Positions 1-13,417 are shown, counted from the stretch's first letter. The stretch: DNA of 64,000 nucleotides from Octopus vulgaris (GCA_951406725.2 OX597815.1:83576001-83640000), one strand, 5' to 3'. A program made the numbers and translations. Notes: generated by a model not told the origin, from the sequence alone.

Positions 1-115
1 GAGAAAGTGTGGAGAGAAAGAGAGATAGTGGAGAGAAAGAGAGAGAGTGGAGAGAAAGAGAGAGAGAATTAGAGAGGGAGAATGAAAGAGAGAGTGTGTG
101 AGAAATAGAATGAGA
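1..115. repeat. GA-rich low-complexity repeat
   Basis: Imperfect (GA)n with recurring gtggagagaaagagagaga units. Confidence 0.85.
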
Positions 116-455
116 CACACACACAAACATAGAAAAGAAGTTGAACACGAGTAATTTTAAAGCGAGGATTTACACAAAACACAAATTACAGATTACAGAG
201 TTAAGTATAACCCTTTTCGGTTTCTTTATTCTGTAATCTGTGTTCTGTATTGCATGATAAATATAAGCTTTAAGCTAACTTCCGTATTTCTTCCTTTCTA
301 TCTCCATCACAGCTCGATAAGTATCGTTCTTATTGCTATATTTCAAAGCTGATGGCAGTAACCCTCGTTGCAAAGGTTGGGCGTTAATATCTCTTACATT
401 TAAGCGTTTGTCTATTATAGCTATACCCTGATTATACCACACACTGTATATACGC

Positions 456-593
456 ACGCACACATACACACATATATATATGTGTGTGTTTGTGTGTGTG
501 TGTGAGTGTGTTTATATATATATAAACACTTATAAATATATATATACATAGATACAAAGATATATATACATATATTTGTATATTTATATACTT

Positions 594-634
<41 letters not shown>

Positions 635-655
635 TACATATATATGTATATGGAT

Positions 656-731
<76 letters not shown>
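456..731. repeat. Compound (CA)n/(TA)n/(GA)n microsatellite, representative of dozens in the window
   Basis: Dinucleotide arrays seen directly; they generate the YI/HT/CV/RE ORFs. Confidence 0.95.
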
Positions 732-733
<2 letters not shown>

Positions 734-1029
734 ACATTTATACATACACAAGTACATTCATAAATGCATGGTACATACACACATTTATGCCTACTGGTAG
801 ATACTCGCAGAAACGTACACACAAGTCTGGTGAAATTATTTCTTTGTTGATCTCATGTTTACTGGTATTTGGAGTCTCTAATTCTAGAATATTTCTTCAG
901 ATGACAAGATATTGTAAGAAAAAATATCTCTATTGAATGGATGTTCTTCGGCTGTTACGACCTGCAGTACTACTTCTGGGTTAGCAGAACATTAATTGCG
1001 AAATATATACCTACAAGTTCTAATTCGCA

Positions 1030-1366
1030 GGTGAAGGGTAAAGCTCCCCTTTTGGTCGAGACTACGAGATTGCACCTAAAAAGTTACCCTCCGAGGCACA
1101 AGTTCGGACAAAGTTGTTTATGGAAGCCTAGCGGTCGCCCATGCATACCAGCTTCCCTTTCGACGCCACCGATATTATTCAAAGGCAAAAGCCGGTACAG
1201 CTTGGCACGAGTGACATTGCAACTCAATTCTACAGCTGAGTGAACTGGACCAACGTGAAATAAAGTGGCTTGCACAAGGACACAACACAGACCAGTCTGG
1301 GAATCGAACTCGCTACTTCATGATTGCTAGGCCGACGCTCTAAGAACTGAGCCATGAGCATCCGCA
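1030..1366 (-). mobile_element. tRNA-derived SINE
   Basis: Minus strand starts with a tRNA-like head (A-box-like tggctcagttcttagagcg, B-box gagttcgattccc), then tgtgtccttgtgcaagccactttatttcacgttggtccagttcactcagctg, a segment shared with the SINEs at 32170 and 53690. Confidence 0.85.
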
Positions 1367-1845
1367 TGTACGAAGTAAATAAGTAGTTCAAAGGAACCAG
1401 CTGAAATGTTAATTTAAAATTATTAGAGAGAAATAATTAAAGGATGATTCAATCAAGAAAAGTTCAATTTAGGGTAATTTAAATTAAAATTAAAGATGAT
1501 GCGTGCTGAAGAAAAGTAATTGAGTTGCAGATACTATAAAATTTATCTACTGAAATAGCTGTGATAGTGAATAAGTAACTTCAAAAGTTCCAATGTAAAA
1601 TACACGTCCTTAGTAGAATTCGATCAGTATATGAAAACAAAAGAAAAAACAATCATCAATACAAATGCCATGTATATTCAATTTAACTCCTGATAATGAG
1701 ACTGTGAAAGTATAGAAACATCGGATAAATTTTTCCAAAACATCGATAAAAAGCTGAGAATATTTGAACAAATATGAAATAGAAATGATAGACCTTTTAC
1801 TCGTGTATTTAATGGAGTATATACATTATACATACACATATTCAC

Positions 1846-1878
<33 letters not shown>

Positions 1879-2138
1879 ATTATATATATAAATATCGAAC
1901 AATACCGCTTTGGGCGAGAAGGAGTTTCAATTGTGTATTAAGGCTACTATTGGTTTCATATTGATGAGTACCTCATCAAATATCACGCCTATCACATGGA
2001 ACATCGATGTTCGTCTCCATTGTGGATATAAACACCTTAAAATACTTTAAAATATTAATGTTTGAAACTAATGGTAGTCTTAATAACACTCTCACACACA
2101 CATACACATATATATGTATATATAGATAAATATTTATA

Positions 2139-2214
<76 letters not shown>

Positions 2215-2960
2215 TAATTGCTTGTCATTCGGACAGAAATTCATTCGCATAGAAACTCATGGTAACTGTTTTGGGGAATATTTGTATTTTAGTTTCTAGA
2301 ACTTGACTGTACTGTAAAAGACTGGTATGTATACTTTGACACACTCATAAAGCTTTAAAGAAGTCATTAGAAGGTAAAACCGTAATAGTATCTGAGAACG
2401 ATCTATATTCGCAATGACTATGCACTACCAGACACATCTTTGCTAACAACTTAGGAAATTGGCGAATTGGCTTGATTTGTGGTCCCTATAACTACTGTGA
2501 CCACTCTGACCCCTCTTGTACTTCATCCTCCATAAAAACCTGTATCTGGCGCATTTTTTTCCCTTGGCTTGGGTTTTAGCAATTTGCTTCAATGAACGAA
2601 CGCCATTGTGAACAAAAATTTGACGACATAAATATAGAGAAAGTGACTCCGTTTGAGCACTAAAATGTAGACCTGAAATCTTTCAAACTCGGTTGGAAAG
2701 TTTAATTCAGTGATAGGGCAAATGCATGGCTTGTGATGAACAACATGTTGCGTAGTGACTTTACCCTTACTTCTGCAGTTGAATGACGTAAGTCACTTAT
2801 TAAAGGAGTTACGCAGCCGACTTCATTATTATTTCGGTAAAATACATAGGGTCTTGGGCGTTCATACATGTCGGTGTGTATGTGTGTATATATATATATA
2901 TATGAATCAAACTGTTTTGATCCATATATGTGTGTGTGCGTGTATGTATGTATGTTATGT

Positions 2961-3490
2961 CAGGTCACTTTCGAGTGCTACTGGTAACATGTAACCCAGT
3001 ACAACCTGTTGCATGGTCGGGTCGTCGGCGACTAAAACGGCAACCCCACCAAGCTTACTTGGTGAGGAGGGTGTTTATTAGTTACCCTGCGGGAGAAAAA
3101 ACAAAATCCGTCAAAGGGCAGAGGAACTCTTGAGAGTCAACGGCCATCCAATAAACGTCTTAAGGCTGTATCATGCGCGGGGATATAGAAATAATCGGAC
3201 TGAATGCCCGATCACGCGGTTAAACCATTGGGAGTGAAGGACTCCATCTAGGAGAAGGTAACTCAGGTAACTGGGATAACTCCGAAATAAAACCTGCGAC
3301 TCAGTGGTTACCGATGATGTTGACTTGGTCTTCTTTTCGGATTATGGCTATTGTTGCTTAGTGAGTGGGATTGACTCAGTGCACAGCCTTTCCTCACTTT
3401 AAAAAAATCTTCTTGCACAGGCATTGCACGATAACAACATTGATTAAGTTTCGTGCAATGGCCATACTCGATAACGAGGGGGCAGCCACC
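2961..3490 (+). mobile_element. Non-autonomous RTE-like retroelement (5' UTR joined to 3' end) in (ATGT)n
   Basis: GC-richer ~530-bp island without a long ORF; RTE-5'UTR-like motif ctaggagaaggtaactc...aaaacc at ~3248-3294; 3' end ctcgataacgagggggcagccacc followed by an (atgt)n tail. Confidence 0.6.
2962..3040 (+). ncRNA. Decayed HDV-like ribozyme motif
   Basis: Motif order fits P1(ggtca)-J1/2 hairpin-P2(ccagt)-P3(aca)-L3(acctgt)-P3'(tgc)-P1'(tggtc)-gg-P4(gtcg tcgg cga)-J4/2(ctaa)-P2'(aacgg), with several mismatches. Confidence 0.45.
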
Positions 3491-4216
3491 ATGTATGTAT
3501 GTATGTATTTATGTATATGCATATTTGTATTTATCTATCAATTTATATACACCACGCTTCGACAGGTTCATCGAAACCTGTTTTGTCTAATCTTGATAGA
3601 ATATAGTAGTTGAACTTAAAATCGTTGATGACATTATATACTCTTGAATCAATCTTTGATCTTCATAGCAAACCGGTTTATATCGTACATTGTTACTGCA
3701 GTGTCAGAAATATATTTTAGTACTGTAATATGTGTGTGGAAATTTCTTTGATCAAAATACTTATATTAAACGTTTACATATATTCAGCTGATTCCCGTCA
3801 GACATGATGCAAGTGACAAACGTCGGCATTTGTTTGATAATATTGCTACCTTTGTGGAGTAGTGTTAATAAGGACGTTTTCAAATATTCCGTTAGCTATC
3901 CAGCATCTAGCTCTCGTTGAATACTTTCAGAGCATTAAACGAATATCTCCCTCACATACATACGGTTTTATGTAGATATTTATATATGTGATTTCAGCCA
4001 TAGATGTATAACTTGTAAAATTCACATACTCCTGCATAGACACACGTGCACGCGCATACACCACGTAAATGAATTGGAGTACAGATTAACAAGCAAAAAT
4101 AAATAAAATCCAGAAATAATGAAGATACGTACAAGCCAATTCAGCTTCAATTTTCCACAAGTGGCCTGTATGGCGTTTTCTTTTTTGCACTGTTACTACC
4201 ATTGACCTTCGTCATA

Positions 4217-4247
<31 letters not shown>

Positions 4248-5182
4248 GCATATATGGGTACATGACGTCACCAACAGCAAATAACATGAAATACAAAAAC
4301 AAATGTGTTAATACGCAAACAACGAAAGTAAAAATGGAAAACAGAACAAGTAACGCAAAGAACGACCCTTTATCAGTTAGCGGCTGTCTATCTACTACTC
4401 ATTTCGAGCATTGAATGACAATATGAGTCTTTGAAGGCATTTCCTCTCGTAAATACGAAAACGAAATTTTGTATTTATATAGGGTCAAGTTTGGGAACAA
4501 ATTCAAGACAGTAGTGACATACAAGGAAACCGAACGAAAACAAACATGGAAGGTTGTTAGACCAGAACGAGTGTAAAATGGGCACACATAAGTACGTACA
4601 TATAAAACAAATATGAAATACAACTATAAGATATGGAGTATAAAAATATGAAGATGACTATAAGAGGATAAATAGATATGAAATGTTTTAAGTGAAAAAG
4701 AAAAAGCACTAGCGACGAAGAGCACGATTAGATATGAGGGAGCAGTAAAGGTTACACGTTGAACGAGATGTAAAAGAGGGGTGCAGATTTGGCTAGATAA
4801 GAAAGTAGAGAAATGTGTGATAGGCTTGTGACTTGGTACTAGTATAAGTTAAGGTAATGGAAATAAAACAAAAGCGGTAAATACAAATGAAGGAAAGGAA
4901 AGAATGGAAGAAAATGAAAAGGGAAAGATTGAAAAGAAGATGATAGAGAAGAGAAGGGGGAAGGAAATCAGTATAAGAAAGTAAGATAATTGAGAGGCAT
5001 TTAAGTTTAAAAATACACGGGTTGAATAAAAATAGAATGATACGAAGTGTAAATAAATGCATAAAATAGAACTGTAATAATTGTATTTAGTACTAATTGT
5101 AGACAAAAGTGTGGGAAATACACACACATACATACATATGTACGCATATATATATATATATATATATATGTATACATATATA

Positions 5183-5279
<97 letters not shown>

Positions 5280-5290
5280 ATGTATATATA

Positions 5291-5832
5291 TATCTTCATT
5301 TCACTAAATTTATCAAGCTTCTGTGTTTCTAGTACATACTTCGCCTTTAATGTACTTATATAGGAATAATATATGGCCTGTGCTAGAAACACCAGCGATA
5401 ATAATTAATTTTATTTTATCGCATTTTGAATTTGTTTACATATTTCTCGATAAATTTTGAGCGTTAGACTATATACCAGAAATCCCTAGTTTGTCGGGTT
5501 CGTTCTGCGTCTGCGCAGTGATCTGATTAGTTAGAAAGAGCAAATTAGTAGACGCACATGTGTCTATCGAGTTGCGCTTCATAATAACAGGAATCTTACT
5601 GAAGAGCCTACCTGAGTAAATAAATATTATTTTTATTGCTGAAAAAGGCGAAACTGCAGTCTAAGATGAACAGAGTTAGTAAAAGTTTTTATCTTCATTT
5701 CACTAAATTTATCAAGCTTCTGTGTTTCTAGTACATACTTCGCCTTTAATGTACTTATATATGAATAATATATGGCCTGTGCTAGAAACACCAGCGATAA
5801 TAATTAAATTTATTTCATCGCATTTTGAATTT

Positions 5833-5837
<5 letters not shown>
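5291..5837 (+). mobile_element. Retrozyme-like / Penelope-dependent non-coding element: 399-nt unit with 148-nt terminal direct repeat, inserted in (TA)n
   Basis: 5291-5438 is near-identical to 5690-5837 (offset 399); internal hammerhead; (TA)n on both sides; no meaningful ORF. Confidence 0.75.
5593..5667 (+). ncRNA. Type I hammerhead ribozyme (minimal helix III)
   Basis: Stem I atctta/taagat; CTGAAGA; stem II gcct/aggc with 36-nt loop; GAAAC-tgca-GTC (palindrome ACTGCAGT); predicted cleavage after 5661. Confidence 0.9.
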
Positions 5838-5879
<42 letters not shown>

Positions 5880-6169
5880 TTCACACACATACAAACGCAC
5901 AATCTCCTGTGTGCGTAATAAAATTACTTTTCCTTGGAAATCATGAGTGATGACTACGTAAAAGTGACTTTAAATGTTAAAAGTTGAACAATTACGACGG
6001 ACAAGGACCTCATATAACGATGCCAATTAGGAAAATCAGTTCATGTAGGGCGCTAATTATACGAGAGTGGTGTGCCGCTGGAGAGTGGCTGGATACACAC
6101 ATTATTTATAGAGTAAAGGATAAATAAAGGATGATAGCAATGACGTTGCGATGGGATGTAGGAAGCAAC

Positions 6170-6720
6170 AGACGAATGAAGAAACCATAAAACTAAGGAA
6201 ATATTAATTTAAAGAAAATAAATTTCACGCAAACAATAGGGATAAAAATAATACAAACGTTTGTAGAAGTAAGGAGATATATCAAGAAAAAGTAAAGGAT
6301 ACATAAAAGGTTAAATATGCAGCATGAAAAGTTGGGGTTTCATTGTATACCTGCAGATTTTAAAATAATCTACATCTATATCATGTGGATGCTTCTAGTA
6401 TATATACAAATAATTCCGTTGAAATGTCGGTCGTTTTGAGGGAGCAAATGGAATAACAGCAGAAATTACAGTAAATGTGTAAATCGTAAAAGAAAGTAAA
6501 GAAATCAAAAGTATCACGGTTCAGATATGACTTGGCTAATATAATGAAAATTTATAACGTAAACTCACAAAGTAAGATTATGTGTACTGAAAAATGCGAT
6601 CTCTGTTTAGAAGAATTTTACAAAATGTTTACATCTAAAGGTAACATAATAAATTCTAGATAGGAACAGGCTTGAGATGCTTGCATATGAGGAAATTCAC
6701 ATTTGCCCAGCATAAATGAA
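6170..6720 (+). pseudogene. Penelope-like (Naiad-type) GIY-YIG endonuclease C-terminal relic
   Basis: ~6590-6705 reads KCDLCLEEFYKMFTSKGNIINSR*E and, after a frameshift, RCLHMRKFTF, matching the CxLCLxE...NxRxE...CxH end of Naiad/Chlamys PLE proteins; heavily decayed. Confidence 0.6.
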
Positions 6721-7070
6721 TAATAAACTTTTAAACAACGGAATTTTTAAAAATAAAGGACTATAAGTCGTGATCCAATCAAAACTTGAATGGAAGATAG
6801 TTCGCGTCTAACTTAACGAGAGACACTTACATCATGCAACGCAGAGTAGATAAACGAAAAACTTTAAGTAAAAAACCATGAAAAAACCGCACCGGTATTG
6901 TAGTAGGGTTGCAATTGCAGCAGGTACTAAACGGTGGGGTTGAAACTTGTGCAGGTGTATGTAAAGCTGTATATATAAAACGAATGGAAGGTGAAGCTAT
7001 GCCACTTCGTAATAATACTTATTATTGTTGTTGTTGTTGATATATATGTAGGTGTATACACATCTAGACG

Positions 7071-7152
<82 letters not shown>

Positions 7153-7429
7153 CGTCACGTTCCAAGGTCAATAATACTCCTCACCAAACCCGACACATAT
7201 CTAAACACAGAATGCATACATAAGTCCTTATAAGCATACGAAATTATGTATGCAATCATTACATCGATTTAAATGCAATCATTACATCAATCTAAATGCA
7301 GTGCTATCATCATCTGCACACATAAATAGAACTTCAATCAGTTGGATACATTAATATAAATGTTCTCAAATACTTTCAAAGAACAGGAAGATGGAAGAAA
7401 TCCATGTTCTCGCTATTGTAGCTAAGAAT

Positions 7430-7630
7430 AGACTACACTCCCAAGAAAGGCATGACGCTCACTGGGGTCATAGCTTGTAAAGGATTGTGGTTTAATGCTA
7501 ATTTATTTGTCTTTTTATCAACTGCTAAATTAAATGGAGCCGCATGAAACGGTCGTACTGTATCACGTTTTGATATCCTGTTGCTTATTTTGATTTTATT
7601 CACCTCGGAGATGTGCGGATAATACCGCAC
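7430..7630 (-). pseudogene. Decayed non-LTR reverse transcriptase fragment
   Basis: IKISNRISKRDTV...PFNLAVD resembles the eroded RT motif IxIxxGIxQGDxLSPxLFNLxxD. Confidence 0.35.
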
Positions 7631-7720
7631 TGACTTGGTGCTTCAACTAAAGTACCTAATTCAAATGAATCTCAATTATTTCTTTATATATATATATTTA
7701 TATCAGATTTGTAACAGATT

Positions 7721-7782
<62 letters not shown>

Positions 7783-8433
7783 ACAGATTTGACATCAAAG
7801 AAGAAGACATTTTAACAGAACACATAATGAAATTATGGTGGGTGGAAATTATTCTAGTAGAGGTTGAAGAATATTTTTTGCTTGGATGCATCTACAAGAA
7901 CAAAATAGGGCGTTCCATTAACCATGTATCAGTGTGCAGCATATCTGCCTACGTGATTTCAATTACTCTAGGAAACAGAAGGAACATCGTTTCGTATACG
8001 AACTCGGAACCATTTCACTGATGGACATAAATATATGTTTTCCCAAACAATTTCTTTTACTGGAGTAATTCTATTATTATTCTTTTCCACATCAATTTTT
8101 TTCGTCACCTTATCCTTTTCCTCGATACATTTCTGTCAGTTTTTGAATTATAAATAAGAGAGGCTGTAAAAGTGCCATATTTCTCTTATTCCTCTCTGGC
8201 GAAGTTTACCTTGAGGAAAGACTCGTCTCCAAGAAACATTGGACTTTCCACTCCCCTGCTCAATTTCAGTCTACACTTTATATCGATACTTTCAAATAAT
8301 ACAAGTTTAGGCGTTGCGCACCACTGTTAGTTTTAACAGCTTCATCTTCTATTACTTCGCTTCAACAAGCAAAATTTGTTTCCACTATGCATTATTATTT
8401 TCTTTGAAGCAGATGTGTGTGCGTGTGTGTGTT

Positions 8434-8484
<51 letters not shown>

Positions 8485-8908
8485 ACTAGAACGACTATTT
8501 CGGCTTGCTTCTGCTTGATCGCCAATGGCTGGTGAAGAATATATGGATTCGAATGCACTTCGCAAAGCAGAAGATACCTCCTCGGGTTACATAATAGGCT
8601 TCAGTGTTATAAGGGGTACATTTTGCTAATATGTGTGTGAAGGTGATGTCGGTAGCATACAGGTGTTTGTTGTAGTTTATATATACAGTGGGGGGGGGGT
8701 TAAATATTCGTTAAATGTGTTACTCAACAATTAAATATAGGAAAATGATGAAACGCGTGTAGGAAGTGTAACATATACATATGTTTGTTATTAATATGCG
8801 TGCGTGAGTTTGTGTGTAAATATATGTATGTATATGTATGTGTATATATATATATATATATATATAGATAGATAGATAGATATACGTATGTATATATATA
8901 CATATAAA

Positions 8909-8983
<75 letters not shown>

Positions 8984-9587
8984 TATCAATAATAATAGTG
9001 ATTGTTTCTTATTAGGAACAAAATGGTTTATAGGACTGCTATAGAAGTACTCAAGTAAATGAGACGTGAATAACAAACTTTGGTTGAAGAACAAAACAAC
9101 AAATTTAAGGTCATTCACCTAACATATCACATCTGGAACATTTAATTACATAATGAATTTTCTTATACATAGAATACACATGCTTAAGATCGCAGAAGAG
9201 GAAACAATAATTCATTCAGACAAGCATATAAGAAAAATGTGTGAGTACAGTATATCGCAATTAAAAATCAATACTTCAGCGACTAAAGAAAGTTTTTAAC
9301 ATTATAACATCCATATATATATATATATAACCCAATTAGATTTCCCTCAATTTCGCCGACCTCTCATTCATTTACATACATCCACTTGTATCTATGTTCA
9401 TAGCTACATTATTTACCATTTGGATTTCCAATTCAGTCTACCTTGTTTCTTCTATTCTATTGTTATTTATCTATCGATCGATCTCTATCGGTTTTTCTTT
9501 GTTTGTTTCTCACTCCACGTGCCTCTTGAATTCGGTATACATACTTATATATATATCTTTCCTAACATTCCCTCTACCCCCTCTCTC

Positions 9588-9653
<66 letters not shown>

Positions 9654-10476
9654 ATTGTCTTCCTTACATTCTACCTGTGTTGTTTTTGTTCATTCATTCT
9701 GGCTTCCGTTTTCCTCTAAACTACGGATGTTTTCCACACATTCCCTCTTCACTTATACATAACACTTCATACCCTTCTATATTTTCACTTCTTTCTTAGT
9801 TGATTTCTAAATAACACATACTGTAATATAACTCCCTTTTTATACACTATCTCTTAAAGTTTTACATCCATTCCTTCGCCCTTATCAACGCTTCCCTCCG
9901 TCTCCCACATCATCTGTTTCATACATCCACGTATACTTGATTTCCCATGGATACAATCTGAACTTTATCTTAAAACTTCCCCCTCTTCATTTAATATCTC
10001 ACTTATATCCATGTGCTAATACTTAAAGCTAATTGCACTATATATTTCTTTTGCACTCACTCTATTAGTTCTCAAAAATCTGCTCTTAGCCTCACGCTCC
10101 TCCACTATCTTTTTTCCATTTTTGTTCCGATTCTCCTCCCCACCTCTCTTTCTCACTCTCTCCTACAGAAACCTATTCTGCTTTATTTCTCGAAATTTCT
10201 CATCGAATCCCCCTTCCACTCCCCCTCCCCCTCCACCACCTTCTTCTTCTTTCGTCGTTTGTTTACTGGCTCTATTACTGAAACTGTCTTATCATACGCT
10301 TTCTAGTTCACTTTGCCATTAAATGTACATACGTAAATACATACATACACACACATATATACCTGACACATATACGCACACAAATACAAACACATAATAC
10401 ATATACACACACTCACATGCACTCACACACACAAACCAGCAAAAGCATACACGCACACTCACATACACACACACAT

Positions 10477-10507
<31 letters not shown>

Positions 10508-11259
10508 ATCGGTTTCCTCCATCTGAATCTTATTTCGTTATAATGTCCCTCCATTTTCCCCCAAAACCTCATCAACGACATGGAGATGAAAGCGGAAAAG
10601 GTTATGGCTGCAAATTGCAAATAGTAGCGAGGTTGCAGAGAGATAACGTTATCAAATAGACACTAGAAAATTATTTCTAATTCATCTGTTTCGTGCCGTG
10701 TGCTGATCCCGCGAGGGAATTCAAATTGCTTCATGTTCACTTCACATGCAATGCTTTGTCAATTTGGCAATGCACACATAGCTTGCTTCTTCTTATCAAC
10801 ATTTTCCAGTAGGTATCATCCGTAATGGTAGAATATAAATATCACAGTTTCCCTTGCCCTTTGAACTCAATATATGCTTATATGTATACGTACATAACTG
10901 AGTGTTTGTGTCTTAACATCTGATTGTCGCATGTGTGAGTGTTCTTTGTGTCTGTACGGGTCTTTGTGGCCGTATGAGTGTGAGAGTAAACAAGAGAAGC
11001 TGAGAGAGAGAGACAAACAGAGAGTCAGAGACAGAGACAGAGGCAATGTCAGTGAAAGACTGAGTGAAATAGTTCACGTCTGATTTCTGAGCGCAAGATT
11101 TTTTTTTTTTTCTGATGACTAAATATTTGTATCATTCCTTGTTTGCTGTGATGTGGTTTGTTATAGTTTTTCGTTATCATTATACAAGTAAACACACTGA
11201 CACATATACACACATATGTATAATACATACATACATTTTTACTTACACATCCACCTCAT

Positions 11260-11296
<37 letters not shown>

Positions 11297-12903
11297 GCAC
11301 ACTCATATATATTTATATATACATTTGCGTACGTATATCTATGAATGCATATATACATGCAAACGTGTGTGTCTATGAGTTGATGCCAAGAATGTCTCGA
11401 CCAAATACAAGGAATTGGTGATATGCATCATCATAGGCTGCATCGTTTCGCCACACCTCTTGAATGTAGTTATGAAGTAAGAACTGGAAAGTGCAACATC
11501 TACCCGGAAGGCATAACTGACGCTAGACAACTGATACTGCCACCGCTGCCTCTGTGTATGTGTATATGAACGCTTTGCATAAACTTGTTCGTTAAACGAT
11601 TCCACCAATATAACCGTTTGAAATGTTTTGAAATGTAGAAACCCTCGGATTCTAAAGTTCACAGAGATAGGCAGTAATTAACAGCCTTAAGAATATTGAA
11701 GCTGAATCCTCAAATTTTGCTAAAGAGTTATTGAAGTCTAGGCAAAGTTGAAACAAGACGTTAGCAACTGTAGTTGTTGGGCAAATTGGTATCTGTGTTA
11801 TGCACAATGAACTATGCACTTTCAAAATAATGCTTGCAAAAGTATGAAAATGTATGCTAGGAGAATGTTTTCCTGCTATTCAATACAACGACTACTGCAT
11901 ATTGCTACTACAAAATTCCATTTGCTTCTAAAGCGGCTCGGAGAGAAGTTGAAGTAGCAAATGTCACTATTTTAAGATATTGAGGTGATTTGTAGAAAGC
12001 ATTCTTTGTGCAACCCAGAATATTGTGGTCAAAATTGAAACAGAGCAAGGGAGAAATTATTGAGCTCGCAATGACCAAACTAGAATTGAAAAACAGGGAA
12101 AATAAGACTCTGTCAGGGTAACAAATGCAGATGTTAAAGTGATACCAAAGGCATGGATCGTATTAAAGAAAAGACGAGGAAGACGATGCGAAGTGTTCAA
12201 CTATGAAATAGATTTAAGAAACCATTGTGCCTCGGTAACATGGAAGACAACTATTAATAGGAATAATAGTGGGGAATTTGTTTGAAAATATACTCAGCAT
12301 GGTTGCAATTTCTATTGAGAGGAATGTAAAATGTGATTCTATCCCTGGCAAATACCAGTGTGTGAAACCGGAGTAACATTCTGCTTATCATCAATAGAAA
12401 AGTTATGCTTCATCGGAATGTATTCTGTGGTATGCAAGTTGTCCCTTACAGAATGACCAAGCGAAATAACCAGCACTTTGAATATTATTGTTCATGCATG
12501 AAGATAATGTAGCAACATAAACGCGATGGTAATCCACACAAACTTATACCCTATGGTTTTACGTCAACCCAACACCCGTGTGTAAATGAAGGTCTGCAAG
12601 GTCCAAGTCTACTAGATGATGCTGATGACTTCAAAGTGATTGTGAATTTGATAGCAGCGTTGGTATCATCACAAGAACTGAAATAAGGCTGCAATACAAA
12701 GACGTTATCGGTGTATATAAATCTCACAACATCACGTTTTAATTATATACATTCTAACAACTGTATAAAATAGACATCCCAGAGAAATAAATTTGCCCTC
12801 CTTTCATTTTAGGAGCACATTATTCAGCAACCTGATATCGTAGAGGAATAAATTTTATGTACATAAGCATATATTCATACATTTCTATGTTTGTATACAT
12901 GTG

Positions 12904-13004
<101 letters not shown>

Positions 13005-13021
13005 TCACACAAATCACACAA

Positions 13022-13076
<55 letters not shown>
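13022..13076. repeat. (GATA)n microsatellite
   Basis: Perfect tetranucleotide array. Confidence 0.95.
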
Positions 13077-13079
<3 letters not shown>

Positions 13080-13156
13080 TATATATCCAAATATTTTACG
13101 TATATATAATGTAACACTCTCTCCGGTAAATTTCCACTTATTTCTTTTTTTTTTTC

Positions 13157-13417
13157 CTAAAATTTATATCTGTTAGAGATTTCCTTATATAGCACTTGGT
13201 TGTATAGGTTTACATCCAGGGTGTAAGAATTCCTAGTTTTGTCTGAGTGAACAATAATTCTGTTCTGTGAATTGAGCTTATATAGCAGGTCTTTTAGGTT
13301 CTTTTGGTAGGTGTTATTCCTTAGTGAGTGTCGCTTGTATTTTAGGCTCTTTATTTTATACCAGAGTTCATTTTCAAAGGCAACTACAAGGCATCTGTTT
13401 GGTGGCGGTGTTTTCAC
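13157..13417 (-). pseudogene. Naiad-type Penelope ORF fragment upstream of RT
   Basis: KTPPP..LVVAFENELW..IK...YQKNLK..L....RIIVHSDKTRNSY.LD...Y matches the PP..L..FE / (A/S)DKTxNxY region of Naiad PLE proteins. Confidence 0.7.

Noticed and set aside
188-241. 12-bp inverted repeat acagattacaga/tctgtaatctgt
   Set aside because: Short stem in AT-rich DNA with poor interior pairing; insufficient for a miRNA or ncRNA call.
1290-1366. tRNA-like sequence with A and B boxes (also ~38410-38455)
   Set aside because: No complete cloverleaf; these are SINE heads, not tRNA genes.
6768-6815. SECIS-like hairpin (GTGA-tccaatcaa-aac-ttgaatgga-AGA) downstream of a Naiad-like ORF end
   Set aside because: The helix is too short for a canonical SECIS, no credible in-frame UGA was identified, and it fits a decayed hammerhead stem II equally well.
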